Positions 39,333 through 48,832 of a stretch of DNA of 64,000 nucleotides are shown in pieces (positions within the stretch are counted from its first letter, which is position 1; the number at the start of each line of letters is the position of its first letter). Made by a program: the position numbers and the translations under genes. The notes beneath the pieces were generated by a model. It was not told the origin of the DNA. It searched no databases and saw only the letters and a program-made list of their open reading frames with translations. Location of the stretch: positions 1 through 64,000 of the forward strand of contig JBOEGD010000014.1 in NCBI GenBank assembly GCA_050633245.1, given 5' to 3'. The stretch is from Calditrichia bacterium. Lineage in GTDB: Bacteria > Calditrichota > Calditrichia > RBG-13-44-9 > J075.

Positions 39333-40172
39333 ATGACAAGCTCAATGCGAACCTTTGGCCTAATGACCGCACTTACGGTGCTCTTTGTATGGGTTGGTGG
39401 AGCAATGGGTGGGCAAAACGGAGCTATTATTGCCTTAATCTTCGCTGGCGGTATGAATTTCTTTAGCTACTGGTTCAGCGACAAAATGGTTTTGAAACGC
39501 TATCGCGCAGAAGAAGTCGGCAGCGATCATCCAAGTGGACTCTACCAAATGGTTGAACGCCTTGCTATAAATGCCGAACTACCGATGCCAAAAGTTTATA
39601 TCATTCCGGAAGATACGCCAAACGCCTTTGCAACGGGCAGAAATCCGGAAAATGCTGCCGTAGCAGCAACACGCGGCATATTAAGATTGCTGGATGAAGA
39701 TGAACTAGCCGGAGTAATGGCTCATGAGCTTGCTCATGTAAAACATCGGGACATCCTAACCAGTTCCGTAACGGCAACCCTGGCAGGTGCCATTACCGCT
39801 GTCACCCAATTTGGACGTTTTATGGGCGGATCCAGCCGCAATCGCAATCCTATTGGCGGACTGTTAATTCTTGTTGGCGCCCCATTGGTGGCAACTGTTA
39901 TCCGAATGGGCATTTCACGGGTTCGTGAATATGAAGCCGATCGCGGTGGTGCAGAAATCTCCGGGCAGCCACTGGCACTTGCAAACGCCTTGAACAAACT
40001 GCAAACAGGTGTCGCAAAATATCCGCTGCGCAACGGAAATCCCGCACATTCGCACATGTTTATCATAAATCCGTTTTTGGGACTTGGAGGCATACAGCGC
40101 CTGATGACAACCCACCCCCCTACTGATGAACGTATTCGTCGCCTGGAGGAACTCTCGCGACAAATCGCCTGA
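39333..40172 (+). CDS. htpX: Zinc metalloprotease HtpX (M48)
   Basis: PNAFATGRNP, AHELAH (HExxH), SRVREYEAD, THPPTDERI. Confidence 0.93.
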   Translation: MTSSMRTFGLMTALTVLFVWVGGAMGGQNGAIIALIFAGGMNFFSYWFSDKMVLKRYRAEEVGSDHPSGLYQMVERLAINAELPMPKVYIIPEDTPNAFATGRNPENAAVAATRGILRLLDEDELAGVMAHELAHVKHRDILTSSVTATLAGAITAVTQFGRFMGGSSRNRNPIGGLLILVGAPLVATVIRMGISRVREYEADRGGAEISGQPLALANALNKLQTGVAKYPLRNGNPAHSHMFIINPFLGLGGIQRLMTTHPPTDERIRRLEELSRQIA

Positions 40173-40296
40173 TACTTCAGCGCGTTTTAACACTCCACAT
40201 GGACGTCATTCCGTAAAAACGGGGCCGCTAAGCGCCTCACACCGATATACACGCCCCTGTATTTCACCCTATTATCCACATGATGGAGGAGATCTT

Positions 40297-40890
40297 ATGG
40301 ACAAATCTGCTACGGGGACACGTTTTGTATCAATTCTTTTTATCTCATTGCTGATCGCTGGCTGTGCTACTGGTCCGATTCTAACTTCAACACCATCCGA
40401 GGCGCTATCACAAACAACTGCCGTCAATATGCTCGATCAGCAAAAGATTGCTGGCAAGTCTACCATTGATAAGGATGCGCAAAAAGAAACCGCAAAGACT
40501 TCGGCCGAAACAACTACCGCGCCTGCAACTCAGAGTAGTGTAGAGACTGACGATGAACAACCCGTTGAGGAAAGTGCGGATGCAATTGTTGAAGAAGTCG
40601 CAACGATTATAGACACCAATCTCGGTATTGCCGAAGAACATTTGCCAAAGCCGGGCAGCTGTCGCATCTGGTATCTCGAAAAGTCAGCCGCTGATCAGCC
40701 CGCAGCAAAGAGCAACTGCAAACGCGTGCAGAAACATATGCCGGCAGGCGCAATTTTGCTTTATCGTCCGCTGGTAAATAGCGAATATGTTGAGGTTTGC
40801 CACTTCGACGCGAATAAGCGTGAAGTCGTTAAAATGGTTCGGTTTTATCTCGCTGCCACCGGCGAACTCAAGCGCGAAGAACGGTTCTAA
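40297..40890 (+). CDS. Hypothetical lipoprotein with a Cys-containing C-terminal domain
   Basis: GGAGGAG RBS; lipobox IAGC; HLPKPGSCRIWY...QP...C motif. Confidence 0.7.
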   Translation: MDKSATGTRFVSILFISLLIAGCATGPILTSTPSEALSQTTAVNMLDQQKIAGKSTIDKDAQKETAKTSAETTTAPATQSSVETDDEQPVEESADAIVEEVATIIDTNLGIAEEHLPKPGSCRIWYLEKSAADQPAAKSNCKRVQKHMPAGAILLYRPLVNSEYVEVCHFDANKREVVKMVRFYLAATGELKREERF

Positions 40891-40952
40891 TGCAGCACAT
40901 TTGATTATCTGCTCCACGAGCCTTATTTTCATTAAAAAGACCCGGCAAGCTT

Positions 40953-41483
40953 ATGAGTTATGAATTGACAACGGCTTCTGAAAAAGAAGTCGTTTTAACA
41001 GGCAAATCGAAGTTCAATCCCACCGTGCTTATTATCCAGGCTCTATTTTTTTCTTTCTGGTACTATGTGCTGCTTTCAGATGTCCTGTATGATTCAGATA
41101 GTATTACAGAAGCTTTCTACGACCTCATCGAAAACAATAAGGTTATACTCATTTTCTTGTTTGCCCCCCTGTTGATGTTTGCACTCTCATTCAGACATCA
41201 AAAGCGAATAAAAAAAGGCAATATGCTGGTATTCTCTCGAGAGTCTAACAGCATCCTTAAAAACCATCGAAAGATTGCACCACTGGAAGACCTTGAGAAG
41301 ATCCTTCTTGAAGCACATCACAGCCTCGAGGATGGCCCTGCGTATAAACTACTCATCAAGCTGAAAAGAATACCCGATATCACGCTTATTTCCAGCACCG
41401 ATACAATTCAGATTGATAAAACAGCAAAAGCTCTGGGCGATCTCACCGGAGTCCACCCGGAGAACAAACGAGTCCGCGAGTAA
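40953..41483 (+). CDS. Hypothetical two-TM membrane protein
   Basis: 176-aa ORF with two hydrophobic helices; 2 nt from the next gene. Confidence 0.6.
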   Translation: MSYELTTASEKEVVLTGKSKFNPTVLIIQALFFSFWYYVLLSDVLYDSDSITEAFYDLIENNKVILIFLFAPLLMFALSFRHQKRIKKGNMLVFSRESNSILKNHRKIAPLEDLEKILLEAHHSLEDGPAYKLLIKLKRIPDITLISSTDTIQIDKTAKALGDLTGVHPENKRVRE

Positions 41484-41485
41484 AT

Positions 41486-42418
41486 ATGGCAACTCTTATT
41501 CACCACGGGGTTTGTGATGCGTCCGCTGCTATTCCACTTACCCCTGGTCACTTTCTTCTCGCCGGAGACGAGGATAATATTCTTCGTTTTTATAACGCCA
41601 CTTCAACCGGCGGGCCAATTTTAATCGCAGATATTGCCGCCTATTTTCCCGGAAATGAGAAAAATGCCGAAACGGATATTGAAGGGGCCTCACAATTAGG
41701 CGACACTATTTTCTGGATCACCTCACATGGTCGCAATCGACGTGGTAAACATATCGCCGCTCGCTATTATTTTTTTGCAAATACTGTGCAGCTTATAGAC
41801 GGCGAGCTTCATCACCAATCTGTGGGCCAGAGTTATCAAGGGCTGCTAGAAGATATGCTAAACGACCCGGCCCTCGATAAATATGAGCTTAAGAAGGCTG
41901 CGAAACGAGCGCCAAAGTCTGGTGGTGGACTCAACATTGAAGGTCTTGCCGCAACGCCCGAGCAAAAGCTGCTCATTGGTTTTCGCAACCCCGTACCTGA
42001 TGACAGGGCGCTGATTCTTCAGCTGGAAAACCCCTTCGGCGTTCTTCAGGGTGAAAGAGCACTCTTTTCCGAGCCCATCGAGTTGGATTTAGACGGTCTT
42101 GGCATACGCAGCATCGAGTATTGGCCAACAAAGAATTGCTATCTGATAATCGGGGGCGCTTTTTCGGGAGTTCGCAAATTCGGTATTTACCGCTGGAGCG
42201 GCAAGCGAGATGATTTACCTGAACGCCTCAACCACTTGAATTTCAATGATTTAAATCCCGAAGGACTCGTTATCTACCCCGAAGAGCCAGACCATTTTCA
42301 GATCATCAGCGATGACGGTAATGTTGAACGCGATAATTGCCGATGCAAGCGTCTGCCCGAAGGTCATCCGGGTAAATACTTTCGGAGCCAATGGTTCAAA
42401 TTAGAAATTGATGAATGA
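41486..42418 (+). CDS. DUF3616 family beta-propeller protein
   Basis: CDASAA, GDED, DIEG, WITSHG, GLNIEGL, GFRNP, NPEG, SDDG. Confidence 0.8.
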   Translation: MATLIHHGVCDASAAIPLTPGHFLLAGDEDNILRFYNATSTGGPILIADIAAYFPGNEKNAETDIEGASQLGDTIFWITSHGRNRRGKHIAARYYFFANTVQLIDGELHHQSVGQSYQGLLEDMLNDPALDKYELKKAAKRAPKSGGGLNIEGLAATPEQKLLIGFRNPVPDDRALILQLENPFGVLQGERALFSEPIELDLDGLGIRSIEYWPTKNCYLIIGGAFSGVRKFGIYRWSGKRDDLPERLNHLNFNDLNPEGLVIYPEEPDHFQIISDDGNVERDNCRCKRLPEGHPGKYFRSQWFKLEIDE

Positions 42419-42582
42419 TGAATTAAGGTTTATGCTTTAGAAAGCACTGCTTGCTTCTTGCTTCTACCTTCCGTGAAGATTGCTATTAATCGATCGGTGA
42501 TTTCACACAAGTTCAAAGCCCACGTGCCCAATATATTTATTTTACTCACGCTACAGCCAAAACGAATGTATGCTTCGGAGGA

Positions 42583-43302
42583 ATGATGGCGGATAAACAT
42601 GAAGATATCCGACTGGCACGTGCCTTATTTCAGGAAGAAAAACACGCTCTTCTGTCAACCAATTCAGTTAGAATGCCAGCGTTCCCGCTCGGGTCGTTTA
42701 CAGCCTATTGCCTGAATAACTCAGGACAGCCGGTTGTGCTCATCAATTCTATCGGACAGGAAGCAGAAAATATTATGGAAAGCCGCCATGTTTCACTTGC
42801 TATAGCGGAAAAAAAACCTGCCGGTATCAATAAGTGCCTGAGCGTAACCTGCCTTGCTGAAGCGAGTCGTCCTGAGCCGGAAGAGTTAGATGAAATTGCC
42901 GAGCAGTATTATCATTACTTTCCAGAATTCAGGGGCTACCACGAAACGAATGAGTTCAATTTTTTTACTCTCGAACTGCGCGAAATTCGTATCCAACGCA
43001 GCATTCATAATATTTTCTGGATTCGTCCGGAAGAGTTTACCGCCAGCAGTCCCTTTAGCAAGAGTGTCGTGCAGCGCATCGTGTCACACATGAACGACGA
43101 TCATCAGGATGCCTTAAAATATCTTCTCGCAGAACACAAAAATCACCTTGTAAATGGCGATTCGGTTGAAATGGTTGGCATAAACGGAGACGGTTTCGAT
43201 TTGCGCGTCGATAGTCAATTTTTTCGTATTCAGTTTGACTCACCGGTAACAACATTGATGGAAGCCCGCAAAACCCTGATGGCAATGACCAAGTTGGATT
43301 GA
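42583..43302 (+). CDS. HugZ-like pyridoxamine 5'-phosphate oxidase family protein with DUF2470
   Basis: LSTNS...FPLGS split-barrel N-domain; IVSHMNDDH and GINGDGFDL C-domain. Confidence 0.85.
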   Translation: MMADKHEDIRLARALFQEEKHALLSTNSVRMPAFPLGSFTAYCLNNSGQPVVLINSIGQEAENIMESRHVSLAIAEKKPAGINKCLSVTCLAEASRPEPEELDEIAEQYYHYFPEFRGYHETNEFNFFTLELREIRIQRSIHNIFWIRPEEFTASSPFSKSVVQRIVSHMNDDHQDALKYLLAEHKNHLVNGDSVEMVGINGDGFDLRVDSQFFRIQFDSPVTTLMEARKTLMAMTKLD

Positions 43303-43561
43303 TGAATGCTGATTGATGAGGTATGACTCAGAATTTTAATTCATGAATCATCAATCATCAATCTCTAACAGTATCCTTTTTTATACTACCTGTCTACAAA
43401 AACATACACCACTCTTGCTTCCTCGCTAAATTCCACACGCCATAATTCATTTATAAATAATAGTTTATCAGCCACTAATTATCTCGGTACGGAATTTGTT
43501 CTTATATTCGAGGATTTCTACTGCTTTCTGCTTAGATTTTGCAGATATGTAAGGAGAGATC

Positions 43562-44287
43562 ATGAATACTGAACAAAGCGGATGCCTTTACATCGTAAGT
43601 ACACCTATTGGCAATCTGGAAGACATCACCTATCGGGCCGTGCGAATCCTGTCTGAGGTCGATGTCATTTGTGCCGAGGATACCCGCGTAACAGGGAAGC
43701 TGTTAAAGCATTATGAGATTGAAAATCGCATGTTAAGCTACTATGCCCACAATGCCAAAGGTCGCATTCCGCAAGTATTGGAAATGCTTCACAATGGTCA
43801 AAATATCGCAGTCGTATCTGATGCCGGAACGCCAGGAATCTCTGATCCTTCAGAGCGGTTGGTTTCTGCCGCCGCTGCTGAGGGCATCCGTATTATTCCC
43901 ATTCCCGGAGCCTGTGCCGCCATTACCGCACTGGTTGTTTCCGGGCTTCCAACAGATCGTTTCGTCTTTGAAGGCTTTCTACCAAAGAAAAAAGGACGTC
44001 AAACCCGCTTCAGATTTATAGCCGAAGAAGAGCGCACTATCGTGGTTTACGAGTCCCCACACCGCATCCAAAAAACTTTGGAAGATATTGTAAAGCATAT
44101 GGGGAATCGCTATATTGTTGTCCTGCGTGAATTGACCAAGCGGTATGAGGAAATCATCCGTGGAAGCGCTGTAGATCTGGTACAGAATCTGTCTTCACGT
44201 AAACTAAAAGGAGAGATTGTTCTATTAGTTGCAGGAAATAAATTTGATACTACAGACCCAATGATGAAAGAGTTACCACATGGATAA
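43562..44287 (+). CDS. rsmI: 16S rRNA C1402 2'-O-methyltransferase
   Basis: TPIGNLEDIT, AEDTR, SDAGTPGISDP, FEGFLP, YESPHR, RELTK. Confidence 0.97.
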   Translation: MNTEQSGCLYIVSTPIGNLEDITYRAVRILSEVDVICAEDTRVTGKLLKHYEIENRMLSYYAHNAKGRIPQVLEMLHNGQNIAVVSDAGTPGISDPSERLVSAAAAEGIRIIPIPGACAAITALVVSGLPTDRFVFEGFLPKKKGRQTRFRFIAEEERTIVVYESPHRIQKTLEDIVKHMGNRYIVVLRELTKRYEEIIRGSAVDLVQNLSSRKLKGEIVLLVAGNKFDTTDPMMKELPHG

Positions 44288-44954
44288 AAAGGGTTTTAAT
44301 GTTCTGTCCCCCGCCATCAAGGACGGCTTCTTACGTCTAATCGAACCTCCCGTCGACTTCATCGTCCGCTTAAATGTCCACCCGAATTTTTTTACAATTC
44401 TCGGTTTCATCCTCAGCATTGTCGGCGCTTATTTCTATGCAACGCTGTCAATTGTGTATGGTGGGCTTTTCACGCTATTTGGCGGAATTTGCGATATTAT
44501 CGATGGAAAGGTGGCGCGTAAATCCGGATTGTCGTCTAAATTCGGAGCCTTGTTCGATTCAACAATTGACCGCTATTCTGAATTTGCAATGTTCTTTGGT
44601 GTAGGCGTTTACTTTCTGCGCTCAGATCTGCAATTTGGCGAGTTAACAACCGCGATTGCCTTTATTGCTCTCGGCGGTTCAATGATGGTGAGTTACATTC
44701 GTGCACGTGCCGAAGGCCTTGGCTATGACTGTAAGGTTGGCATGATGCAAAGACCGGAACGCATTGTCTATATTGGAATCAGTTCACTGGTTCACTCCAT
44801 GGCGCTAACAGTCGTGATTTACTTTATTGCCATCATGGCAAACTACACGGCTTATCAGCGTATGCACCACGTCTGGGCTTCTGAGAAACTGGAAAACAAT
44901 CCGGAGACAGTCGAGGCATCTGATGACACAATTACAAATAAAACATCTGAATAG
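44280..44954 (+). CDS. CDP-alcohol phosphatidyltransferase (probable phosphatidylinositol-phosphate synthase)
   Basis: DGKVAR-x8-G-x3-D-x3-D motif; VSYIRARAEGLG, RPER; adjacent to inositol-3-phosphate synthase. Confidence 0.88.
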   Translation: MDKKGFNVLSPAIKDGFLRLIEPPVDFIVRLNVHPNFFTILGFILSIVGAYFYATLSIVYGGLFTLFGGICDIIDGKVARKSGLSSKFGALFDSTIDRYSEFAMFFGVGVYFLRSDLQFGELTTAIAFIALGGSMMVSYIRARAEGLGYDCKVGMMQRPERIVYIGISSLVHSMALTVVIYFIAIMANYTAYQRMHHVWASEKLENNPETVEASDDTITNKTSE

Positions 44955-44968
44955 AAAGGATTTACCAA

Positions 44969-46300
44969 ATGAGTAGCAACGCACCGAAGGTGACTATTGC
45001 CCCGGCCAAAGGCCGTCTCGGGATTCTTACGCCCGGAATGGGAGCTGTAGCCACTACATTTATTGCCGGCGTAATGGCCGTTCGTAAAGGTCTTAGCAAG
45101 CCTATCGGCTCCGTAACAGAAATGGGCACGATTCGCGTTGGCAAACGCACTGAAAATAACGTTCCAAGCATTCGTGAATTCGTTCCACTCACAGAGCTAA
45201 ACGACATCGTTTTTGGTGGATGGGATCTGTTTGAAGAAAATGCTTACGAGTCTGCCCTACACTCCGGCGTGCTGGATAAAGAACTCCTCGAGCAAATTCG
45301 CCCTGAGCTGGAAGCTGTGAAACCGATGAAAGCCGTATTCGATCGCAACTATGTGAAGAAGCTGGATGGCAAACACGTTAAAGAAGCAGCAACAAAATGG
45401 GATTATGCCCAGATGTTGATGGACGACATCGAGAAATTTAAGGCAGACAACAATGTCGATCGCTGCGTGATGGTTTGGTGTGGAAGCACCGAGATCTTTC
45501 TGGAGCAGGAAGATATCCACCAAACGATTGAAGCGTTTGAGCAAGCGATGAAAGATAACCACCCTGGTGTGGCACCAAGTATGATTTACGCCTACGCCGC
45601 TATTAAAAAGGGAATCCCTTACGCAAACGGTGCACCGAATCTGTCTGCAGATATGCCGGCATTCTACGACCTGGCAAAGAAAACAGGATCACCGATTGTT
45701 GGCAAAGACTTCAAGACGGGTCAGACACTAATGAAAACAATTTTGGCACCGGGTCTGAAAGCTCGCCTGCTGGGATTAAACGGATGGTTCTCTACGAACA
45801 TTCTCGGTAACCGTGATGGTGAAGTGCTGGACGATCCGGAATCCTTCAAGACGAAAGAAGAGAGTAAGCTCTCTGTGCTTGAGCAGATTCTGCAGCCAAA
45901 GCTTTATCCGGATCTGTATAAAGATTTCTACCACAAAGTTCGCATCAACTACTACCCGCCGCGTGGTGATAATAAAGAGGGTTGGGACAACATCGACATC
46001 AACGGCTGGCTTGGCTATCCGATGCAGATTAAAATCGATTTTCTCTGCCGCGATAGTATCCTCGCTGCACCGCTGGTTTTGGATCTGGCTCTTTTCCTCG
46101 ACCTTGCCAAACGTGCTGAGTTCTCCGGGATTCAGGAATGGCTATCGTTCTATTTTAAGAGTCCGACTGTAAAGCCAGGCCTCTATCCTGAGCATGATAT
46201 TTTTATCCAGCATATGAAGCTGAAAAATACGCTTCGCTATATGATGGGTGAAGATCAGATTACGCACCTTGGTGCCGATTATTATGAGTACTATAAATAA
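44969..46300 (+). CDS. ino1: myo-Inositol-1(3)-phosphate synthase
   Basis: GMGAVATT, GGWD, WCGSTE, NGAPN, GKDFKTGQT, NILGNRDG, GDNKE, CRDSILAAP. Confidence 0.95.
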   Translation: MSSNAPKVTIAPAKGRLGILTPGMGAVATTFIAGVMAVRKGLSKPIGSVTEMGTIRVGKRTENNVPSIREFVPLTELNDIVFGGWDLFEENAYESALHSGVLDKELLEQIRPELEAVKPMKAVFDRNYVKKLDGKHVKEAATKWDYAQMLMDDIEKFKADNNVDRCVMVWCGSTEIFLEQEDIHQTIEAFEQAMKDNHPGVAPSMIYAYAAIKKGIPYANGAPNLSADMPAFYDLAKKTGSPIVGKDFKTGQTLMKTILAPGLKARLLGLNGWFSTNILGNRDGEVLDDPESFKTKEESKLSVLEQILQPKLYPDLYKDFYHKVRINYYPPRGDNKEGWDNIDINGWLGYPMQIKIDFLCRDSILAAPLVLDLALFLDLAKRAEFSGIQEWLSFYFKSPTVKPGLYPEHDIFIQHMKLKNTLRYMMGEDQITHLGADYYEYYK

Positions 46301-46407
46301 TTGCCCAAGAGAAAGCAGATCACTATATTAGGTCTGCCACTAAGTATTTGGTCCGGCGGCAGCAGTGTCGCCGGACTTTTTTTTGAACGGATTCTGCGAA
46401 CTTACAG

Positions 46408-47820
46408 GTGATCAGGTTGTCAGCTCCTACGAAACGATCTTCCCTGGGAGATGTATTAAGAACCTCCCTGCCCGCCGCAATCGATTTATCATCACAGACA
46501 ATTGCCTGGCTAATCGAAGCTATTTTTATAGGTATGATCTCTGCCGCTGCCTTTGCGGGCGTTGGCATTAGTCTACAGATAATCCTACTTACATTTACTG
46601 TAATCCTGACCTTCGTTGTTGGCGCATCGGTCATTATTCTCAATTATCTTGGAGCAAATGATGAGTGGGGAGCCAACCATGTCTTCGCTCAAGCCCTGAT
46701 AATTGGTACCATCCTCTCTTTTCTGATCTCCATTTTTTGGTACTTCGGCGGGTCGCAACTAATGCTCCTGATTGGGGAAGATGAGCCTGCTGCCAGGGAA
46801 TACGGCATTCAGTATCTCAAAACCGTTTCATGGTGTGGACCGTTAATCATTCTAAATTTTATCGCTCTTGGCATTATGCGCATGGCCGGTGATACACTTA
46901 CCACCATGAAAATTAATCTCTTCGCCAATGGTTTGCATATTACGCTCAGCCCCATCTTTATTTTTGGCTGGGGATTTATTCCGCGAATGGAAGCAACCGG
47001 TGCCGCCATTGCTGTAAGCATCGCCCATTCACTTGCATTTTTTATCACCCTTTATCACCTCCGCAGTCGCAATAACATTCTATTTCTCTCGCTGAGAGAA
47101 TTCACCAAGCCCAATATGGAAACGGTTAAAAAGCTGTTTCGGCTTGGGATGCCAACAACGGTGGAACAACTGGTTTGGGCAGTAGGCCAGCTGGTGCTCA
47201 GTTTTTATGCCGGGCAAATCAGTATTTTAGTTCTGGCAACGCACACTGCATACGTCCGCATTCAGTCTGTACTGACAATGGCTTTTCAAGGATTTGGACT
47301 CGCCTCAATGTCACTGGTAGGTAAAAGTCTGGGAGCCCAAGATGACCAAAAAGCAATTGACGCCGGTGCTACAGCGCAGAATGTCGCATTAGGATTCTCT
47401 ATTGCATTTGCCGTGCTATTGGTCGTATTTAAGCGGCCGTTACTGGAGATTTTTACAACAGAAGCGGAAGTTATCGCATTGGGAATATCGAGCATGCTGA
47501 TTGTCGCGATCATTCAAATTCCCAAAGGAATAAACGCTGTTTTGTCTGGCAACCTACGTGGCAGCGGCGATCTGAAATGGCTGATGTATATCTCTCTGTT
47601 CAGCGTTGTGCTGTTCGAATTGATTGGAGGCTACTACAGCTCCTTCGTATTTCACTTCTCTCTCGCTGGACTATGGGCGCTTCAGGGTGCAGATGAAACG
47701 CTGCGCATGGTGCTAAACTACTGGCGTTTCAAACGCGGAAAGTGGAAAATCCGCGATCTTCTGGGAGACAAAATCCCATTTAGAAATCCGCTGAAAGACA
47801 AGGGACAGGATTCGGAATGA
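46408..47820 (+). CDS. MATE family efflux transporter
   Basis: About 12 TM helices; RMAGDT, IFIFG, GAAIA, LGMP, LRGSGD. Confidence 0.9.
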   Translation: MIRLSAPTKRSSLGDVLRTSLPAAIDLSSQTIAWLIEAIFIGMISAAAFAGVGISLQIILLTFTVILTFVVGASVIILNYLGANDEWGANHVFAQALIIGTILSFLISIFWYFGGSQLMLLIGEDEPAAREYGIQYLKTVSWCGPLIILNFIALGIMRMAGDTLTTMKINLFANGLHITLSPIFIFGWGFIPRMEATGAAIAVSIAHSLAFFITLYHLRSRNNILFLSLREFTKPNMETVKKLFRLGMPTTVEQLVWAVGQLVLSFYAGQISILVLATHTAYVRIQSVLTMAFQGFGLASMSLVGKSLGAQDDQKAIDAGATAQNVALGFSIAFAVLLVVFKRPLLEIFTTEAEVIALGISSMLIVAIIQIPKGINAVLSGNLRGSGDLKWLMYISLFSVVLFELIGGYYSSFVFHFSLAGLWALQGADETLRMVLNYWRFKRGKWKIRDLLGDKIPFRNPLKDKGQDSE

Positions 47821-48452
47821 AACAGAGTCGATTTATTTCTTTTGAAGGACTCGATTTTTGCGGAAAGACAACGCAAATAAAGCTGCTCTTGGATCGACTT
47901 GCAGCACTGAAAATCGACGTAAACCTGTTGCGGGAACCTGGCGGAACCGCCGTGTCCGAGCGTGTGCGCGACATTGTCCTCGATCCTGCTCATCCCGAGA
48001 TGGACGACCGAACCGAGATTCTACTTTACTCTGCAGCCCGCGCGCAGCTGGTTCATCAAAAATTGATCCCCCTGTTAGATCATAATGCCTATGTCGTTGC
48101 CGATCGCTTTTTCGATTCTACCAGTGCCTATCAGGGCTTTGGACGTGGCCTCGATATGGATTTTGTGCAACGCCTTAATCTATTTGCCACCTCTGGCATC
48201 ATGCCGGATAAAACGTTGTTTATCGACATTTCACCGGAAGAATCGGTTCGGCGACGCCGGTCTGCCGGGCGCATGGCCGATCGCCTGGAAAGTCAGGCCA
48301 TCGAGTTTTACCACACTATCCGCAGTGGCTTTCATCAAATTGCCGACAACAACCCGGAACGCTTTATTGTTATCCCGGGCGAAGAGAACATCGACGTTAT
48401 CTCCCAACGCATCTGGTCGACCGTCTCGAAGATCTGGGGATTGGGAGAGTAG
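47817..48452 (+). CDS. tmk: Thymidylate kinase
   Basis: FEGLDFCGKTTQ, REPGG, AARAQ, DRF, AYQG. Confidence 0.96.
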   Translation: MKQSRFISFEGLDFCGKTTQIKLLLDRLAALKIDVNLLREPGGTAVSERVRDIVLDPAHPEMDDRTEILLYSAARAQLVHQKLIPLLDHNAYVVADRFFDSTSAYQGFGRGLDMDFVQRLNLFATSGIMPDKTLFIDISPEESVRRRRSAGRMADRLESQAIEFYHTIRSGFHQIADNNPERFIVIPGEENIDVISQRIWSTVSKIWGLGE

Positions 48453-48454
48453 GG

Positions 48455-48670
48455 CGCTCATTGCGTTCACTATCGGGGCGTCACTACGTGACTTATGGGT
48501 CGCTTCGCTCATAGGTCGCTCACTGCGTTCGCTTATTGGACGCTCATTACATTCGCTATAGGATAGGTAAAGAATTTTTTCCTACAGTGCCGCAGACACA
48601 TCCTACCACCTACCAGCGGCAAAGCCGCGATCTACCTCCGACCAGCGTAGAACAAAGGCCGAAGCGACCT
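48455..48670. repeat. BIME/REP-like intergenic repeat array
   Basis: CGCTCA(T/C)T(G/A)C(G/A)TTC(A/G)CT at 48455, 48517 and 48541; GGTCGCTTCG (48498) complementary to CGAAGCGACC (48660). Confidence 0.65.
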
Positions 48671-48832
48671 GCAAATTCGTTTAAGTTTTAAATTCAAAAA
48701 ATGTTAGCTAAAATATCTCCGACAGGTTTCGATAGTATATATTACCCTGTCCGTAAGCAGCTTCCCGTTTACCGACCGGTCACAATCACTCACACTTATT
48801 CACACGATGAATGCCAAAAGCAGGAGTCTGAT

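Noticed and set aside
48455-48560. CRISPR array
   Set aside because: Units are short and degenerate, lack unique 30-40 nt spacers, and no cas genes are present; the same applies to the repeats at 10721 and 56129
48085-48561. 158-aa ORF ending in SLIGRSLRSLIGRSLHSL repeats
   Set aside because: Overlaps tmk out of frame; the repetitive tail is just the REP-like array
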